NCBI GenBank assembly: GCA_965248055.1
Contig: CBDFIJ010000004.1
Span: 288,001-352,000, forward strand
Direction of reading: 5' to 3'
DNA from: Candidatus Multivoradales bacterium
GTDB lineage: Bacteria; Acidobacteriota; Thermoanaerobaculia; Multivoradales; JAHEKO01
Length of the DNA: 64,000 nucleotides
Below the pieces are notes generated by a model. That model had not been told where the DNA came from and searched no databases. It saw only the letters and a program-made list of their open reading frames with translations. Below, in pieces: positions 60,137-64,000 of this stretch; position 1 is the first letter of the stretch, and each line of letters starts with the position of its first letter. A program made the translations under genes and the position numbers.

Positions 60137-61558
60137 CTATCGGACCTCATCGACCGTCCCCCGAATATCCTCCAAGCACATTTCCATACGATCCATATGG
60201 GTACGGAAGTTGAGGACGCAGATACGCAGGACAAAGTTGCCATCCAAGACAGTTTCGGTGAGAAAGACTCGTCTCTTGGCGTTGATCCTACCCAGCAGAT
60301 CACGATTGAGTTGGTTCAGTTGTTCCTTGGAACGGCCAGCGAGGCTGAGACGAAAGACCACCGTCGAGAGTTGCGGCGCGGCGACAATCTCAATGCCCTC
60401 GATCTTCTGCAGTTCTTGATGTGCCCAATCAGTGAGGTCGAGCTTCTCGTCCAAAGCTGCGCGGAAGGCGCCGAATCCGTAGGTCTTGAGCGGCAGCCAG
60501 ACACGCAGTCCACGAAAGTCGCGCGACAGCTCTGGAGAAATGTCACAGAAGTCAACCAAGTCTGTGTCTTCTTGCATCGGCGGCATGTAGTCCGCTTCGA
60601 TCGCGTGGGCCCGTTTCAAGGCTCCCCCATCGCGCACCAACAAGCACCCGGTTCCGTAGGGCAAGAATAGACCCTTGTGCGGATCCAAAGTGATCGAGTC
60701 GGCACGCTCCAGACCACGAAACGCCGCGCGTCCGCGCTCGGTCATGGCGAAGAATCCGCCATAGGCGCCGTCGACGTGAAACCACAGACCTTGTTCTTGC
60801 GCCAGGTCGGCGATCCCTTGTAGATCGTCCACCGCACCGGTGTTGGTGGTACCGGCGCTGCCGACCACCATAAACGGCGTCTTGCCTTGCGCTCGATCTC
60901 GCGCGATCTGGCTCCGCAGATCCTCAATATCGATCCGCCACTGGTCATCCACCCCAACCTTGCGTACTGCCGATGCTGGAAACCCGGCCAAGGTCGCGGC
61001 ACGCTGCAGGGAGTGATGAACCTGGCTCGAGGCGTAGATCGTCCCGTCCAAGAAATTCTCCGGTAGAAGTTCGCGACGAGCGGTAAACAGAGCTGAGAAA
61101 TTCGCCATCGACCCGCCAGACGATAGGTAACCGTTCGCCGAAGCAGGATAGCCAACCATCTGACACAGCCAGTTGATGACGTTGACCTCCAACTGCACCA
61201 ACCCAGGAGCCGCGGTCCACACCGTCAGGTAGCGGTTGATGCCATTGGCGACAAAGTCCGCCACTGCCGATTCATAGAGCCCTCCGCCGGGAATGTAGGC
61301 CATGAATCCCGGCCCAGCGTTGCAGAAACTGGTCGGAGTCAGGTCGTCGAAAACATGGTCGAGCAAGTCCTCGAACCGACTCCCCTGCTCAGGAAGCGCC
61401 TCGACTGTTGCTCGAGAAAGCTCCGCCCCACCCTCGATGCTCGATGCTGCTTGAGAGGGAAGCGACTCGATGTGCGCCACGACGCGCTTGGTGGCTTGGC
61501 GAGCCATGTGGCTCATTTGCTCAGCATTGGGTTCCAACGGCTGAATTCGACCTGACAT
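60137..61558 (-). CDS. PLP-dependent group II (aromatic amino acid-type) decarboxylase
   Basis: SGGSMAN, AGTTNTGAVD, HVDGAYGG, DPHKGLF. Confidence 0.93.
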   Translation of the reverse strand: MSGRIQPLEPNAEQMSHMARQATKRVVAHIESLPSQAASSIEGGAELSRATVEALPEQGSRFEDLLDHVFDDLTPTSFCNAGPGFMAYIPGGGLYESAVADFVANGINRYLTVWTAAPGLVQLEVNVINWLCQMVGYPASANGYLSSGGSMANFSALFTARRELLPENFLDGTIYASSQVHHSLQRAATLAGFPASAVRKVGVDDQWRIDIEDLRSQIARDRAQGKTPFMVVGSAGTTNTGAVDDLQGIADLAQEQGLWFHVDGAYGGFFAMTERGRAAFRGLERADSITLDPHKGLFLPYGTGCLLVRDGGALKRAHAIEADYMPPMQEDTDLVDFCDISPELSRDFRGLRVWLPLKTYGFGAFRAALDEKLDLTDWAHQELQKIEGIEIVAAPQLSTVVFRLSLAGRSKEQLNQLNRDLLGRINAKRRVFLTETVLDGNFVLRICVLNFRTHMDRMEMCLEDIRGTVDEVR

Positions 61559-61616
61559 TGGAAGAGCTTACCGCTCTCTCGATCTCGCGCGACAACCCGA
61601 ACTTCGCTTGTCTAGG

Positions 61617-63038
61617 CTAGGGGTCGAGAGTTTGCGGGACGGCGAGTCGGATCCGTAGCTCCTGATCATCTTCAATAATTTCAGCAGCGACAAAATCGAC
61701 CTTTAACCCAGCAACTTGCACCGTTATACGTGGGCCTTCAATCATAATTTCTGGCTTTGCTAGCCCAGCAATCTCAACTCGCCCAACGCCGTTGAAAAGT
61801 GGGTGTTCTCCCAGTCCAGTAGTGTGTGCTATCAGGTCAGCACCTTCATCGTCGATCATCTCCAACTGGCCAAGATCATTGCCCAAGCGAACGAACCTGG
61901 CATGCAGAAGACCGTTCTCCAGTCGTTCAATATTCAGTGGGTCGAATCCTTGTGGCCACAAGGGCTGTTCGCCATTGGCTTCGATCACCACCCGCCATCC
62001 GGTCAGGCGATCGAACTCAGCCTGGCGTTGACGACGTTGATCAGCGAGCTTTCGGGTCTCTACCCCCGCCCTCTCCACCAACTCACTCCATTCCGGTTCA
62101 CTCAAGACGCACTGTTCAACCTGATTCTCCAGTGTCGATAGCGAAGCCTCCAGCATCTGGTCGAGAAACTGATCATCGTTTTCCTCAATCGATACACGCC
62201 AGGCCGGATCCACACCGCTCAGCAAATGAGCAATGGTGGACCCAATCACGTAGCTTCTCTGTCGAACCTGGTCGCTAGAAAACTCTTGATCAAAGCCGCG
62301 CACTCCAGTATCGCCATTCGCTCGGTGCTGGACGTATGTAGCCAGCCCCTCATTGAGTTCGGTCCTGCGTTCGTACTCGCTGAAGGGATTCTTCATAGTC
62401 GAAAAGCGCTCGCGCCGCGTACCGATCGCTGCGGCAGCCCAGCACATCCGCTTGGCCGAATCAGTCGCCGACAGCGCCCGCCTCAGGAATTCGGTCTCGG
62501 CACGCCGCAGGGCTAGGAGATTCGGATCGTCAACCGGATACAGAAACAGGTCAGCTTCATTAGCCGTCCACCCCACGTGATGTTGCCTTTGGTAGACGTG
62601 AAAGGCTTCGTGCACTGCTATCCCCGCCAACCTGGAAACGTCGTCACTGGAGACCTCTTCCGGAAGCAGCAGGGTTGCGGTTATGTCGCCCCCTATCTCT
62701 GCACTGGAATTTGCCGTTATTGCAGGGTGGCGTCCTTGATGAACCCACACTTCCGGTGCACTTCCCTCGCTCAATGCAAAGGCTGCCGGTGGATTCGGAT
62801 GACGAAAGAGCACCGTCTCCTCACCTGTGTAGATCGCCAGTGGAATGACATTGGGGTCGAAGACAGGCCAAAGAGGCTGACCTGACATCTCAACGACCAG
62901 TTGATCGATCTTGACCGCCAGATTGACATCTTGAGCCATCGACGCAGCAGTACTCATTAAGGCTACAACCACCGTGACCCAGCACGACCACCGACCCAAT
63001 CGCTTATTCCCCAATCGCGTATTTAAGGTCACTTGCAT
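61617..63038 (-). CDS. Exported putative zinc metallopeptidase
   Basis: Signal peptide; HEAFH (HExxH) plus downstream NEGLATY. Confidence 0.65.
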   Translation of the reverse strand: MQVTLNTRLGNKRLGRWSCWVTVVVALMSTAASMAQDVNLAVKIDQLVVEMSGQPLWPVFDPNVIPLAIYTGEETVLFRHPNPPAAFALSEGSAPEVWVHQGRHPAITANSSAEIGGDITATLLLPEEVSSDDVSRLAGIAVHEAFHVYQRQHHVGWTANEADLFLYPVDDPNLLALRRAETEFLRRALSATDSAKRMCWAAAAIGTRRERFSTMKNPFSEYERRTELNEGLATYVQHRANGDTGVRGFDQEFSSDQVRQRSYVIGSTIAHLLSGVDPAWRVSIEENDDQFLDQMLEASLSTLENQVEQCVLSEPEWSELVERAGVETRKLADQRRQRQAEFDRLTGWRVVIEANGEQPLWPQGFDPLNIERLENGLLHARFVRLGNDLGQLEMIDDEGADLIAHTTGLGEHPLFNGVGRVEIAGLAKPEIMIEGPRITVQVAGLKVDFVAAEIIEDDQELRIRLAVPQTLDP

Positions 63039-63240
63039 AGTGGCTCAGCAAGCAGAAATTGGGCCAGGCCACGTTAACGAAATTATCGTGGACAGAATGC
63101 CGGGCTAAGGGCCAACAGCAACAGTACGTTGCCGATCGCCAAGTAAGTTGCGTTGTTGGCGATGGCCTTGTCGGTAGCCCGAAACTGATCGATCAGAGAA
63201 AAAAACACCGAAGCTCCAATCGGAACCTGTCAACCACCTG

Positions 63241-63843
63241 TTGAAGACATTTGGGCTTGCAGAAGATGGGCGGACACTACGGCGGTTTCGAGAGCGAGTT
63301 GAACGTCTTATTAGGCTCACGATCAGCTGTGAATTTGATGGCAGCTTGGTTGGTGGTGATTCCTATTACCTCGACCAAACGCTCGTGGTGCGGCGGGCAC
63401 ACATTCCAAAGCAAAAGGAGCTGCGGTTTGAGAACGCTGGCGTTCAGTGGCTCGACGGAATAGCACCGTACGGAATGGAACTTGCGGGAGATTTTTGGGA
63501 CTATTTGAGCGAACAAAAAAACAGGCTACAAGTCCCAGTCGAGCACCTAAAGCTATTCGTAGACCGTCCACTTGGGTGGGACTACCTGCTCTTTCTTATG
63601 GCTCGTGCTCGCGCAGCAAGGCGCCAGTCGACGGTTCCCCATAACTCACTACTTGAACTGTTTCGAGACAACCCAAACGCTCGCGACCGAGACGTATTTC
63701 GTGAGCTCGAGAAACACCACCGAGAGGTTGTTGCACTGACCGGAATAAAAGCCTCTCTCTTCCCCACTCTCTTGTTGCCGTCGACGGGCGGCAGACCCAA
63801 GAAACAGTGGGAGCTTGTTGTACATCCGTGGGCCGGCGCCTAA
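63241..63843 (+). pseudogene. 5'-truncated plasmid-type replication protein (RepA_C-like)
   Basis: FGL..DGR..RRFRERVERL, ELAGDFWDYL..VPVEHLK..PLGWDYLLFL..R; no good RBS; an IS-end remnant abuts the start. Confidence 0.55.
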
Positions 63844-64000
63844 GGGCCCCCACTCGCCCGTTTGACCGAGCATCGACGCACCAACCCTTAGATATTTAGC
63901 TACATAGACCAGTGGGCTTATAGGCTTTTGCTTTCTAGATAGCTGCGCACAGCCTCTTCGACCAGGTCCCTCATCGGTCGTTTTTGGCGCACGGCCGCAA

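Overview
Bacterial chromosomal window, probably Acidobacteriota; this is inferred from gene order and protein style, not verified. Positions 1-21.6 kb hold housekeeping and accessory genes: prs-rplY-pth-hppA, transporters, hydrolases, and an AhpD/CMD peroxidase whose Cys-x-x-UGA codon and downstream SECIS-like hairpin point to a selenoprotein. A ~20 kb composite mobile region lies between convergent tRNA-Glu (21802-21879) and tRNA-Thr (41687-41762). It contains a recombinase remnant, an IS30 inserted into a MITE, and a decayed ABC/asparagine-synthase-like fragment. It also contains an inverted pair of IS3-family elements bracketing a FecR-like gene, a CHASE2-TM-TIR gene (a Toll-like-receptor-like architecture), a small protein and an IS5. 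It ends with an att-bounded tRNA-Thr island carrying a tyrosine integrase, a large serine recombinase and a CHAP hydrolase. The rest of the window holds a type IV minor pilin/PilY1 cluster, the rplM-rpsI-rpsB-tsf-pyrH-frr-rlmB block, ubiE/menG-folD, a coaE-ITPase fusion, several hydrolases/decarboxylases and a truncated plasmid-type repA. All family assignments come from motif recognition by eye; no database searches were run.
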